From: Haloarculaceae archaeon | GTDB lineage: Archaea > Halobacteriota > Halobacteria > Halobacteriales > Haloarculaceae | DNA length: 42,912 nucleotides | NCBI GenBank assembly: GCA_042217765.1 | Contig: JBDGSB010000084.1 | Coordinates: forward strand, 1-42,912 | Reading direction: 5' to 3' | Shown here: positions 26,075 through 36,160 of the stretch, piece by piece | How positions within the stretch are numbered: the stretch's first letter is position 1 | Layout of the letters: the number at the start of each line of letters is the position of its first letter | Notes under the pieces: model-generated | The model's database searches: none | What the model was told of the DNA's origin: nothing | Seen by the model: only the letters and a program-made list of their open reading frames with translations | Program-made: the position numbers and the translations under genes

Positions 26075-28150
26075 CTAGAGGTCCTCGACGGGCGTGTCGA
26101 GGGGCCTGGACATCTCGGCGTCGTCGAGGTGACACGCGACGCAGTGGCCGTTCTCGGCGTCGGTCGCTTCGAGGGAGGGCTCCTCGCGCTCGCAGACGTC
26201 GCCGATCTTCTGGGGACACCGTGTGTGGAACGAACACCCCGACGGCGGCTGGCGGGCGCTGGGAACGTCGCCTTCCAGCCGGAGGCGCGTGTCCTCGGCG
26301 TGGGGGTCCAGCGAGGGGATGCTCGACAGCAGCGAGCGCGTGTAGGGGTGATACGGCGGGTCGAACACCTCCTGGAGCGCCCCGCGTTCGATGATCTGCC
26401 CGAGGTACATCACCGCCAGCCGGTCGCAGATCGCTTCGATGACGCCCATGTCGTGGCTTATCAGCAGGTAGGAGGTATTGTACTCCTCGCGGAGGTCGTT
26501 CAGCAGGTTCAACACGTTTGCCTGGACGCTCACGTCCAGCGACGACACCGGTTCGTCGAGCACCACAAGCGACGGGTTGGGCGCGAACGCCCGTGCGATG
26601 GCGACGCGCTGTTGCTGGCCCCCCGAGAGTTCGTGGGGGTACTTCGCTCGCAGGTCCGCACCCAGGTTGACCTGTTCGAGCAACTCGTCGATGCGCTGGT
26701 CGCGCTCGTCCTCGTCGAGATCCGTGAACAGTTTCAGCGGCCGCGCGATGACGTTCTCGATGGTCTTTCGCGGGTTGATGCTCGCCTCGGGGTCCTGGAA
26801 GATGATCTGACACTCCGAGCGGAACTCCCGCATCTCCGATTTCGAGAATCCGCCGAGGTCCTCGCCCCGGTAGCGGACGGTCCCGTCGGTCGGTTCGTAG
26901 AGGTGCATCAACGTCCGCCCGAGCGTGCTCTTGCCACAGCCGCTCTCGCCGACCAGTCCGACCGTCTCGCCCTCGGCGATCGAGAGGTCGACGCCCTGGA
27001 CGGCCCTGACCGGGTGGTGGTCGCCGAGCAGGTTCTCGACGAACGTCCCCCGATCGTAGTGTTTGACGAGGTTCTCGGCTTCGATGATCGTCTCGCCCAC
27101 GTCGAGCGTTCGCGCCTCGCGCTCGCCGGTCTCGATGGGGTCGTCGACGGCCGTCTCCCAGTGCAGACACCGGGTGTCGTGGTCGTCCGAGACGGACGCC
27201 AACTCGACGTCGTCCGAGCGACACTCCTCGGTCGCGAATGCACACCGGTCGGCGAAGATGCATCCGTCGGGGATGTCCGCCAGTTCCGGGATCTGGCCGG
27301 GGATCGGCCGGAGATTCTTCTGTTTGCCCCGCTCGGGCGTGGTCGCGAGCAACGCCTGCGTGTAGGGGTTGGCCGGGTTGTCGAAGACGGCGTCGACGGG
27401 CCCTTGCTCCATCATCTTGCCCGCATAGAGGATGTTCACACGGTCGGCGATCTGGGAGACGACGGCCAGGTTGTGCGTAATCAGCAGGATGCCCACGTCG
27501 CCGGTCTTCAACTCCTCCATGAGGTCGAGCAACTTCGCCTGCGTGGTGACGTCCAGCCCCGTCGTCGGTTCGTCGAGGATGAGACAGTCGGGATCGCAGG
27601 ATAGCCCCATCGCGATGAGCGCACGCTGTTGTTGCCCGCCGGAGAGTTCGCTCGGGTAGCGATTCGAGAACTCTTCGGGGTCGGGGATGTTGACCTGGTC
27701 GAGGACCTCGTAGACGCGGTCCATGGCCTCTTGCTTGCCCGAGACGTCCTGGTGGAGGGTAATCGCCTCGCGGATCTGGGCCCCGATGCGGATGCTCGGA
27801 TTGAGCGCCCGCGAGGCGTTCTGGGCGACGTGGGCGATCTGGTTGCCCCGGATGTCGCGCAACTGCGCCGTCGAGAGGTCGTAGATGTCCTGGCCCTTGA
27901 ACTCGATGGACCCGTCGGCGATGCGGCCGTTCTCGTCGAGATAGCGGACGATGGCCAGCGCGAGCGTGCTCTTGCCGGAACCGGACTCGCCGACGATGCC
28001 CAGGGTCTCGCCTTTCTGCAGGCGCATCGAGACGTCCCGCAACGCTCGGAGTGTGCCGTGTTTGACCGTGAACTCGACGTCGAGCGAGTCGACCGACAGG
28101 AGGTCCTCGCTGGCGCGCTGGGTCGCGTCCATGGCTTGCTGGCTCATCAC
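26075..28150 (-). CDS. ABC transporter ATP-binding protein with duplicated NBDs (DppD/DppF-like fusion)
   Basis: 691 aa. Two Walker A sites (GESGSGKST, GESGCGKST), two LSGGQQQR signatures and C-terminal oligopeptide-type Cys motifs. Confidence 0.9.
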   Translation of the reverse strand: MMSQQAMDATQRASEDLLSVDSLDVEFTVKHGTLRALRDVSMRLQKGETLGIVGESGSGKSTLALAIVRYLDENGRIADGSIEFKGQDIYDLSTAQLRDIRGNQIAHVAQNASRALNPSIRIGAQIREAITLHQDVSGKQEAMDRVYEVLDQVNIPDPEEFSNRYPSELSGGQQQRALIAMGLSCDPDCLILDEPTTGLDVTTQAKLLDLMEELKTGDVGILLITHNLAVVSQIADRVNILYAGKMMEQGPVDAVFDNPANPYTQALLATTPERGKQKNLRPIPGQIPELADIPDGCIFADRCAFATEECRSDDVELASVSDDHDTRCLHWETAVDDPIETGEREARTLDVGETIIEAENLVKHYDRGTFVENLLGDHHPVRAVQGVDLSIAEGETVGLVGESGCGKSTLGRTLMHLYEPTDGTVRYRGEDLGGFSKSEMREFRSECQIIFQDPEASINPRKTIENVIARPLKLFTDLDEDERDQRIDELLEQVNLGADLRAKYPHELSGGQQQRVAIARAFAPNPSLVVLDEPVSSLDVSVQANVLNLLNDLREEYNTSYLLISHDMGVIEAICDRLAVMYLGQIIERGALQEVFDPPYHPYTRSLLSSIPSLDPHAEDTRLRLEGDVPSARQPPSGCSFHTRCPQKIGDVCEREEPSLEATDAENGHCVACHLDDAEMSRPLDTPVEDL

Positions 28151-29034
28151 TCGGCCCTCCCGCCGGCTTCGGTCCGCGGATCGAGCACGTCACGCAGGCC
28201 GTCGCCGAGCAGGTTCATCGCCATGATGGTCGACACGAGCGCGACGCTGGGCCACAGCAGGTACCACGGCGACGAGTACATGTAGACCCGCGCCTGCGAG
28301 ATCATGAATCCCCAGTCGGGGTGGGGCGGCCCGGCACCGAGACCGAGAAACGACAGGCTCGTCCCGATGAGGATGGCGTAGCCGACCCGGATGGAACCCT
28401 CGACGACGATGGGCGCGGTCACGTTCGGCAGGATCTCCCGGAAGAGGATGTGCGGCGTCGACTCGCCGCGGGCCTTCGCCGAGAGAACGTACGGTTCCTC
28501 GCTCTCGGAGAGGGTGGCCGACCGCGTGACGCGGGCGATCCGCGGCGTGAACACGATGCCGACCGCCAGCACCACGTTCACGAGACTCGATCCGAGCGCG
28601 ACCACCAACAGGATGCCCAGCAACAGCACCGGAATGCTCATCATGATGTCCATCAGCCGCATCAGCAGTTCGTCGGCGCGTCCCTTGACGTAGCCCGTGA
28701 ACAGGCCGATGGGGACGCCGAACAGAAGCGAGACCCCGGCGGCTCCGAACCCGAGCAACAGCGACTTCTGGCCGCCGACGATGGTCCGGGACAGCAGGTC
28801 CCGTCCGAGGTTGTCCGTGCCGAGCGGGTACTTCCCGCCCAGCCCGGCGAATCGGGCGGCCGGATGGGTGGCCAGCGGATCGTGGGGTGCGATGGACTTG
28901 CCGAGCGCCGTCAGGACGATGACGGGAATCAGAATCACCAGCGCCGTGACGACCTTCGGGTTCGTCAGCAGTCGTTTGACTATCGGTGGAACGTCGATAC
29001 CTCCGACCGTCGCAGTGGATTCTTCAGCAGCCAT
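28147..29034 (-). CDS. ABC transporter permease (DppC/OppC-like)
   Basis: 295 aa, six TM helices, BPD-transporter EAA-like loop. Its start overlaps the stop of the upstream permease and its stop overlaps the ATPase start. Confidence 0.9.
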   Translation of the reverse strand: MAAEESTATVGGIDVPPIVKRLLTNPKVVTALVILIPVIVLTALGKSIAPHDPLATHPAARFAGLGGKYPLGTDNLGRDLLSRTIVGGQKSLLLGFGAAGVSLLFGVPIGLFTGYVKGRADELLMRLMDIMMSIPVLLLGILLVVALGSSLVNVVLAVGIVFTPRIARVTRSATLSESEEPYVLSAKARGESTPHILFREILPNVTAPIVVEGSIRVGYAILIGTSLSFLGLGAGPPHPDWGFMISQARVYMYSSPWYLLWPSVALVSTIMAMNLLGDGLRDVLDPRTEAGGRAE

Positions 29035-30017
29035 TATTTCTCACCCAGTTCGATGCGGGGGTCGAGAACTGTGTACAGAAGGTCGGCGACGAGGTTCGCG
29101 AGGATGAACGCCATCGTCGGGACCAGGATGGCGGCCTGTATCACGGGCAAGTCCCGGCTCGAAATCGCTCGGACGATGACCCGGCCGATGCCGGGATAGG
29201 AGAAAATCTCCTCGATGATGACGACCGAGCCCATCATCCAGCCGAAGTTGATCGCCAGGACCGTAATCGTGGGCAACAGCCCGTTGCGTAAGGCGTGTCT
29301 GGCCAGGACGTTCGATTCGGCGACGCCTTTCAAGCGGGCCGTCCGAATGAAGTCCGCTTCGAGCGTCTCGATCATGGACGATCTGGTCTGGCGTAACACG
29401 TACGCGAAGATGACGAAGTTGATCGATATCGCGGGCAAGATGAGGTGATAGAGCCACCCGATCGGGTTCTCGCTCAGTGGGACGTACCCGCCGTTGGGAA
29501 AGAGGTTCAACGGCGGCGTCGTAAGGAACAGCAGTAACAGCGTCGCGCTGACGAACGAGGGGATGCTGATGGCGACGTACGACAGATTCAGCGACACCGT
29601 ATCGAATATCGAATCCCGCTTGGCGGCCGTCAGCACGCCCAGCGGAATCGCGATGATGATCGAGATGATCGTCGCGACCAGGGCCAGTTCGAGCGTGCGG
29701 AAAAACGCCGGAACCACGAGCTTCGACACCGGCTGCCCGGAGATGAGGCTAGTGCCCCAGTCGAACGTGAACGTGTGCAGGACGAAATCGATGTACCGTT
29801 CGTACAGTGGCCGCGTGAGCCCCATCTGTTGTTCGAGCTGGTGCATCGCCTCCTCGGTTCGTTGTGTCCCGAGTACGATGGTCGCTGCTGACCCGGGAAT
29901 CGCCGCGGTCATCCCGAAGACGATGCTTGCGATGGCGATTACTGAGATAATCGACACGACGATCCGTTTGGCGAGGTACAGTGTGTTGACCACGTCCAAT
30001 CCTTTCCCTTCCGGCAC
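29034..30017 (-). CDS. ABC transporter permease (DppB/OppB-like)
   Basis: 327 aa, six TM helices, conserved permease core. Confidence 0.9.
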   Translation of the reverse strand: MPEGKGLDVVNTLYLAKRIVVSIISVIAIASIVFGMTAAIPGSAATIVLGTQRTEEAMHQLEQQMGLTRPLYERYIDFVLHTFTFDWGTSLISGQPVSKLVVPAFFRTLELALVATIISIIIAIPLGVLTAAKRDSIFDTVSLNLSYVAISIPSFVSATLLLLFLTTPPLNLFPNGGYVPLSENPIGWLYHLILPAISINFVIFAYVLRQTRSSMIETLEADFIRTARLKGVAESNVLARHALRNGLLPTITVLAINFGWMMGSVVIIEEIFSYPGIGRVIVRAISSRDLPVIQAAILVPTMAFILANLVADLLYTVLDPRIELGEK

Positions 30018-30233
30018 CCTTATACCAGATAGTACAATAACCTTGTGGATAGGTCACACTCTATCCGTCAAATCACGACGACGTTCCGCTCGATGGCGGT
30101 CGAGAACGTCCCGTCGTCGAGCGGGACGGGCGGGAGTCGTTCCCACATCGTTAAGACGGGGCGACGAGTACCCGACGAGTATGTTCGAACAGAGGTTCGA
30201 GCCCAGCGTCGGTGCCGTGCCGACGGTGACACC

Positions 30234-31415
30234 ATGAGTCTGGTAGAGCTTCCCGACCGCGCGGACGTCGCGATCGTCGGTGGCGGCATCATGGGGACGA
30301 GCGCCGCGTACTTCCTGGCGACCGAGACCGACCGCGACGTCTTGCTGGTCGAGCGCGACAAAATCGCCGGCGGATCGACGGGCGACTCCTCGGCAATCTT
30401 GCGCCATCACTACGGCGACCAGGAGATATACTCGAAGATGGCGCGGTGGGGCCACGAGTTCTATCGCGCCTTCGAGGAACACGCCGGCGGCGACATCGCC
30501 TACGGGCGCGCGCCGATGGTGAACTTCGCGACCGACGACGACGCCGAGTGGATACAGGCGGGCTACGACGTCCTGTCGTCGCTCGACATCCCCGTCAGCC
30601 GGTACGAGGCGGACGAACTCGACGCCGAGTACCCGATGATCGAGACCGATTCGTTCGACTTCGCGGTCAGCGACGACGACTCGGGCTACTCCGACGGCAC
30701 CGACGCGGCCGGCGGACTGGCCCGCGCCGCGCAGGAGGCGGGCGCGACCGTCGTGACGGGCGTGACCGTCGAGGACGTGCGCGTCGAGGGCGGGACCGTC
30801 GCCGGCGTCGAGACGGACGCTGGCTCCGTCGACGCCGACGAGGTCGTCCTGGCGGCCGGCCCGTGGACGACGCGGCTGCTCGACGGACTGGGCGTCGACG
30901 TCCCGCTGTCGACGAGTCGCGAACAGATTCTCATTCTCGACCCGCCCGCGGACTTTCCGGACGACCACCTCGAAGACCTGCCGACCAGCGGGGCCGGCGG
31001 CGGCTGGTACATGCGGCCCGACTTCGGCGGCGGCGTGTTGCTCGCGACACACCACACCGGCGAGACGGTCGATCCCGACCACTACGACGAGACGCCCGAT
31101 CAGGAGACGCTGCTCGACCTCCTAGAGAAACTGGAAGGGTTCGCCCCCGGCCTCGCCGACGCCAAGATCAAAGGCGAGTACTGCGGCGTTTACACGACGA
31201 CGCCGGACCACGACTTCGTCATCGACCAGGCCGGACCCGACGGCTGCTATCTCGCCTGTGGCTTCTCCGGCCACGGCTTCAAGCACGGACCGACCGTCGG
31301 CAGGATTCTCTGTGACCTCGTGACGACCGGTGACACCGACCTCGTCGACGTCGACTACTTCTCGGTCGACCGTTTCGAGGACGACCCTCAGGGCCACGGC
31401 GTGCCCGACCACTAG
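30234..31415 (+). CDS. FAD-dependent oxidoreductase, DAO family (sarcosine oxidase beta / opine oxidase-like)
   Basis: 393 aa starting at the internal ATG. N-terminal FAD fingerprint DVAIVGGGIMGTSAAYFLA. C-terminal …ACGFSGHGFKHGPTVGRIL. Confidence 0.8.
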   Translation: MSLVELPDRADVAIVGGGIMGTSAAYFLATETDRDVLLVERDKIAGGSTGDSSAILRHHYGDQEIYSKMARWGHEFYRAFEEHAGGDIAYGRAPMVNFATDDDAEWIQAGYDVLSSLDIPVSRYEADELDAEYPMIETDSFDFAVSDDDSGYSDGTDAAGGLARAAQEAGATVVTGVTVEDVRVEGGTVAGVETDAGSVDADEVVLAAGPWTTRLLDGLGVDVPLSTSREQILILDPPADFPDDHLEDLPTSGAGGGWYMRPDFGGGVLLATHHTGETVDPDHYDETPDQETLLDLLEKLEGFAPGLADAKIKGEYCGVYTTTPDHDFVIDQAGPDGCYLACGFSGHGFKHGPTVGRILCDLVTTGDTDLVDVDYFSVDRFEDDPQGHGVPDH

Positions 31416-31516
31416 TCGGGACTCGCGGCGTCGGCCGCTTCGAGAACGTCGGGACTCGCGGCGTCGACCGCTTCGCGAACACCCCCTTGCGAAAGAAAAA
31501 CCCCTCGTGAGCGCGC

Positions 31517-33268
31517 TTATGGGTTCGGCCCCTTCGGCGCGTCGGGCGACAGGGCGGCGTCGTAGTTGAAGTCCTTGTTGGCGGCCGGACCGGGATCGAA
31601 GTGGCTGAGGTAGTCGTTGGACGCGGCCTGCTGGTCGAGGAAGCCGAAGATTATCCAGGCGTTGTCGAGGTGACTGATCCGCTGTGCCTTGGTGAACGCC
31701 TTCTGGAACGCCGGATCGCTAGTGGTCGTCGTACTGAACTTGTTGTACGCCTCGTGGTACTGCTCGTTGTCCCAGCGTCCGGAGTCCCACTTTGCGTCGG
31801 GCCCCAGCGCCAGCCGCGGAACGGTCGTCTGTTCCATCCGGGCCGCGTAGCCGCTGGCGTACCACTTCCCGTCCTGGTTCCAGTACTTCGACAGCCACGT
31901 GTCCGGGCTGACCAGTCGGATGTCGAACTCGATGCCGGCCTTTTTGGCCTGCTGCTGGAACAGTTTGACGCACGTACCACGGCGGGCCTGGAACTCGTTC
32001 TCGTAGATCGGGGTGGGCAGTTCGAGGCCGTCGCCGTAGCCCGCCTCTTCGAGCAACCCCTTGGCCTTCTCGGTCTGGGCGGTCGTGCCGAACTCGAGAC
32101 CCTCGTCGAAGTCCCCGTAGCCCGGATGAACCGGCGCGACGGGGTCGTGGTGGCCGATAGTCATGGTGCCGTCGGTCGCCGACACGATCTCCTCGCGGTC
32201 GAGCGCGTGCTTCATCGCCTGCCGAACTTTGAGCTTCGAGAACGGTTTGTCGCCGTTGTCGAGTTCCATGTTCGTCGTCATCACCATGCTCAGAAACGCC
32301 GAGGTCGAGTACTGGCGAACCGACGCGTTCCCGGCGTTTTCGATTCGGCTCCGGAGCGAGGGATCGAGCGTATTGATCACGTCCACGCGCTTGCCGGTGA
32401 GCGCGCTGGCCTGGGATACCGGGTCGGGGATGATCTTGGCCGTTATCTCGTCGAGATACGGCAGTTCCCGCCCCTCTCGCTCGATGTACCAGTCGTGTTT
32501 CTCGAAGTGGTACTGACTGTCCGATTCGTAGTCGGTCAGCGTGAACGGACCACTCCCGAAGTCCGTCGTGGAGAGTTCGTCGAAGCGGTTGTCGAGGATT
32601 TCCTTGGGGACGATGTTGAAGTAGCTCCCCGTTTCGCCGAGTCGCGCCGGGTAGAAGGGATCCTTTTTGGAGAGATTGATCGTGACCCGATGGTCGTCTT
32701 CGACGACCACAGGATTGTCCTTGTCGACTGCTCCGAGGTCGACCGAAGCACCGGGGACGCGGTCCTCCGAGAGCATGACTTCGACGGTCGCCTTGACGTC
32801 CTCGCCCAGCACCTTCTTGTCGATGTTCGCGAACTTGGCCTGGTCGGTCAGCATGAACGTCCACGCCGTCGTGTCGTCGTTGGGCTCCCAGTCCCTCGCG
32901 AGCCGCGGAACCGGTTCGTAGTCCCGGTTGTACCCGACCAGCCGGTCGTACATCAACTCGAAGAAGACGTAGTCTCCCTGACCGTCCCCGACGAACGGAC
33001 TGAGCGACTGTGGGGCGGCAATCGCCGTCGTCCGCAGGTGACCGCCCGGAATGATGTCCGGTCGTTCCGTCGTGGTTTCTTCGCCGCCACCGTTCCCTTG
33101 TGTTTCCTCCCCGCCGCCACCGCTGCTCTCTGTCGTGGTCTCTTCGCCGCCACCGCCCCCGCCGCCCATACAACCGGCGAGTGTGGCCGCACCGCCCGCC
33201 CCGAGCAACTTGAGGTAGGTTCGTCGGTCCGGTGATTCCTGACGCGTCAATGGGTCACTAGATCCCAT
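31517..33268 (-). CDS. ABC transporter substrate-binding protein, family 5 (OppA/DppA-like), Tat lipoprotein
   Basis: 583 aa starting at the ATG at 33268. Twin-arginine signal with a lipobox (DRRTYLKLLGAGGAATLAGC). Gly/Glu/Thr-rich linker. SBP-5 fold. Confidence 0.85.
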   Translation of the reverse strand: MGSSDPLTRQESPDRRTYLKLLGAGGAATLAGCMGGGGGGGEETTTESSGGGGEETQGNGGGEETTTERPDIIPGGHLRTTAIAAPQSLSPFVGDGQGDYVFFELMYDRLVGYNRDYEPVPRLARDWEPNDDTTAWTFMLTDQAKFANIDKKVLGEDVKATVEVMLSEDRVPGASVDLGAVDKDNPVVVEDDHRVTINLSKKDPFYPARLGETGSYFNIVPKEILDNRFDELSTTDFGSGPFTLTDYESDSQYHFEKHDWYIEREGRELPYLDEITAKIIPDPVSQASALTGKRVDVINTLDPSLRSRIENAGNASVRQYSTSAFLSMVMTTNMELDNGDKPFSKLKVRQAMKHALDREEIVSATDGTMTIGHHDPVAPVHPGYGDFDEGLEFGTTAQTEKAKGLLEEAGYGDGLELPTPIYENEFQARRGTCVKLFQQQAKKAGIEFDIRLVSPDTWLSKYWNQDGKWYASGYAARMEQTTVPRLALGPDAKWDSGRWDNEQYHEAYNKFSTTTTSDPAFQKAFTKAQRISHLDNAWIIFGFLDQQAASNDYLSHFDPGPAANKDFNYDAALSPDAPKGPNP

Positions 33269-33288
33269 GAAACGAGTTAACAAAGTGG

Positions 33289-33300
33289 AATATAATAAAT
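33289..33300 (-). promoter_or_regulatory. TATA-like box (ATTTATTATATT) 21-32 nt upstream of the SBP start codon
   Basis: An AT-rich element sits at the canonical spacing for a leaderless haloarchaeal transcript. Confidence 0.4.
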
Positions 33301-33509
33301 TTGTGGTGGTTGCAGACAATTGGCATATATGATGGGCCGGAACAAAGCCCCGCACACGATCGGAGGACGAACGACACCTCGCACGTGACAGCAACGAACG
33401 ACACCTGACGCGCGACGGTAGCGACACGAGGTCCGACGCGTACCCGTGTTCGAGCCGGCATCACGTCCGAACCAGTAGCTATTTTCCGCACAGTGCGTTA
33501 CTCCGACGT

Positions 33510-34754
33510 ATGAGCGGGCGTTCGGCCGACTGGTGGACGACGACGGGCGTCGTGAGCGTCGGCCACATGCTCTCGCACGTGTACGCGCTCACCTTGCCGC
33601 CGTTGTTTCCGCTGATGCGCGACGACCTGGGGTTTTCGAGCACCGGGTTCGGGATCCTCGTGGCCATGTTCGCCGTCGCGGGGCTGTTGCAGATGCCTCT
33701 GGGAAGCCTCGTCGACCGCATCGGCGCGAAGAAGGTCCTCGTCGCCGGAACCACGGTGCTCGCTGTCGGGATGGCGCTCATCGGCCTCGCACCGTCCTAT
33801 TCGGTGATGCTGGTCGTGACGCTGTTGGCCGGCGTCGGCCTCGCGACCTTTCATCCAGCCGACTACGCCCTCCTGACGGCCGTCTCGGACGCCGACTCGG
33901 AGTCGCGGGCGTTCAGTCTCCACCTGTTCGCCGGCTACGTCGGCTTCGCGATCACACCGGTCGCCGTCGGCGGCTTCGCGCTGGCGACGTCTTGGCGGCT
34001 GGCGCTGCTCGCAGTGGGAGCGATCGGACTCGTCTTCGCCGCCGTCGAGGCGCTCGTCCTCGACGACGCCTACCTCGACGAACTCGAATCCGGCGACGAG
34101 GAGTCGGACGACGAGGAATCGGACGACGCCTCGTTCATCGACGACCTGCGACTGCTCGCTCGCCCGACGATATTCGGCATGTTCCTGTTCATGTTGGTGC
34201 TGACGATCGGCAACAAGGGGCTGTCGACGTTCACGCCCGTGTTGATGGTCGACGGGTTCGGCCTCTCGAAGACGCTGGGCAACACCGCGTTGACGGCCTA
34301 TTTCGCCGTCGGGGCGCTCGCCATCCTCGTCGGCGGCACCCTCGCGGACCGGTACGACCCGCGGCGGGTGCTCGTCGTCGCCGTGACGGTCATCGGGGCG
34401 CTAGTGTGGGCGCTCGTCGGCGGCCCCCTCTCGGTGACGCCGGCCGTCGCGATCGGCGCGTTCGGACTGATGGGACTGCTACAGGGGGCGGCCGTCCCCT
34501 CGCGGGATCGGCTCGTGAGCGACTTCACTCCGGACGGCGCGGCCGGCAAGAGCTTCGGGTTCGTGCTGACGGCGATTTCGGTCAGCGGCCTTCTCGCGCC
34601 GCCGATACTGGGTGCGGTCATCGACGCCTGGTCGGTCTTCGCCGCCTTCGAGATCATGAGCGGGTTCTTCCTCGTCGCCGCGCTCGTCGCGCTGGCGCTC
34701 GGGAGTCGAACCGTTCGCGCCAGCGGAGGCGTCGCCCAGGCCCAGGAAGAATAA
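33510..34754 (+). CDS. MFS transporter
   Basis: 414 aa, 12 TM helices, MFS loop motif. A central acidic loop (ESGDEESDDEESDD). Confidence 0.8.
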   Translation: MSGRSADWWTTTGVVSVGHMLSHVYALTLPPLFPLMRDDLGFSSTGFGILVAMFAVAGLLQMPLGSLVDRIGAKKVLVAGTTVLAVGMALIGLAPSYSVMLVVTLLAGVGLATFHPADYALLTAVSDADSESRAFSLHLFAGYVGFAITPVAVGGFALATSWRLALLAVGAIGLVFAAVEALVLDDAYLDELESGDEESDDEESDDASFIDDLRLLARPTIFGMFLFMLVLTIGNKGLSTFTPVLMVDGFGLSKTLGNTALTAYFAVGALAILVGGTLADRYDPRRVLVVAVTVIGALVWALVGGPLSVTPAVAIGAFGLMGLLQGAAVPSRDRLVSDFTPDGAAGKSFGFVLTAISVSGLLAPPILGAVIDAWSVFAAFEIMSGFFLVAALVALALGSRTVRASGGVAQAQEE

Positions 34755-34764
34755 GCGTGCTCGC

Positions 34765-36105
34765 TCACCGCCAGACGTCCACGAGGTCGGCCACGGGAGC
34801 GTCGGGCGTTTCGAGGAGGGTAACGACGTCGTCGTACGCGTCCGGGTCGGGGTGTTCGGCGTACAGTTTGTGCATCTTCGCCTCGAACTCCGCGTCGGAC
34901 AGCGGCCGTTCGGCCTCCCCGCGCGGGTGCGTGACCTCCTTCGCGTACGTCGCGTCGCCGGTGTGAATCTCGACTCGCGCCGAAAAGGCGTCGCCGTACT
35001 CCGCGACCAGGTCGGGGTCGTGGTGGAGGTCGATTCGCTCGGTCATCGCCAGGATCTCCGCGTCGGTCAGCGTGTCTCGTTGCAGGTCAGACGGCCGCAG
35101 GTCGCCTCTGATCAGTGCCACGGCCATCGGGAACGGGTAGGAGTACTCGGCCTCGTCGGCGTTTTCAGGTATCCGGGTCGTGAGGTAGGCACCCTGCTCG
35201 AACGTGTAGACGTCGACCGACCGTATCGAGTCGGGATCGATGTCGTGTTCGTCGTAGAGGTCCAGGACGGCGTCGATGCCGGCGTGGGTCCACCGACAGC
35301 CCGGATAGGGTTTGAAGTTCTGTGAATCGAACGAGAAGGTCTCTCCCAGGCTCTCGTGGGTCGTAATTTCCTCGTGGTCGAACAGCGTTCCGGACCCGTT
35401 CAGCCCCTTCTCCGCCAGCGACACGGAACTCGCGGCGACGAGCGCGCCCCACCCGATGCCGTCTTTGGTCAGGCCGTTGCCCGGGTTCGCCGCGCTCCGC
35501 ATGACCGGCGTGAGCGGCGCGTTGAAGTCGGCCATGCCGATCGCGTTCGCCAGCGTGTCGCGGTCGAAGCCGCGCAACTTCCCCGCGGCGGCGGCGCCTC
35601 CGACGGGGGCCCACGATCCGGTTCCGTTGTGGTACCCGACCAGCCGTCGCCGGGCGTCCCCGGTCCGGATGGCGACCTCGTACCCGGCCAGGGCCGCTTC
35701 GAGGAACTCCCCGACGCTCGCGTCCTCTTCTTCCGCGACGGCGAGCGCCACCGGCACGACCAGCGACGCGGCGTGCCCGTCGCCCCGCCGATTCCCGTCG
35801 TCGATGTCGAGCGCGTTCCCCGCGACGCAGTTCGCCAGCGCCGCGCCTTCGAGCCGACTCGTGTCCCCGCTGCCGTCGAGAATCGTCGCGTCACCCCCGG
35901 CGAAGGTCCCCGCGACGTACTCGGCGACCGCCGCCGTCTCGCGAATGGTGTGGCCCGCCGTGACCGCGCCCAGGGTGTCGAGGACGGTACGTCGAATGTC
36001 GTCCCGCACCGCATCGGAGAGCGATTCCAGTTCGAGGTCGTCGACGAACGACGCGACCCGCCGGGTGCCCGTGCCGAACTGCCAGGGAATAGCAGCACCT
36101 TCCAT
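34765..36105 (-). CDS. MmgE/PrpD-family protein (2-methylcitrate dehydratase family)
   Basis: 446 aa starting at the internal ATG (MEGAAIPW...). The family pattern spans the whole length. Confidence 0.8.
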   Translation of the reverse strand: MEGAAIPWQFGTGTRRVASFVDDLELESLSDAVRDDIRRTVLDTLGAVTAGHTIRETAAVAEYVAGTFAGGDATILDGSGDTSRLEGAALANCVAGNALDIDDGNRRGDGHAASLVVPVALAVAEEEDASVGEFLEAALAGYEVAIRTGDARRRLVGYHNGTGSWAPVGGAAAAGKLRGFDRDTLANAIGMADFNAPLTPVMRSAANPGNGLTKDGIGWGALVAASSVSLAEKGLNGSGTLFDHEEITTHESLGETFSFDSQNFKPYPGCRWTHAGIDAVLDLYDEHDIDPDSIRSVDVYTFEQGAYLTTRIPENADEAEYSYPFPMAVALIRGDLRPSDLQRDTLTDAEILAMTERIDLHHDPDLVAEYGDAFSARVEIHTGDATYAKEVTHPRGEAERPLSDAEFEAKMHKLYAEHPDPDAYDDVVTLLETPDAPVADLVDVWR

Positions 36106-36160
36106 GACGCTTGGTATTCTCTCCCACTCATTTAATACCATACGGTGGAATACTGCCGGC

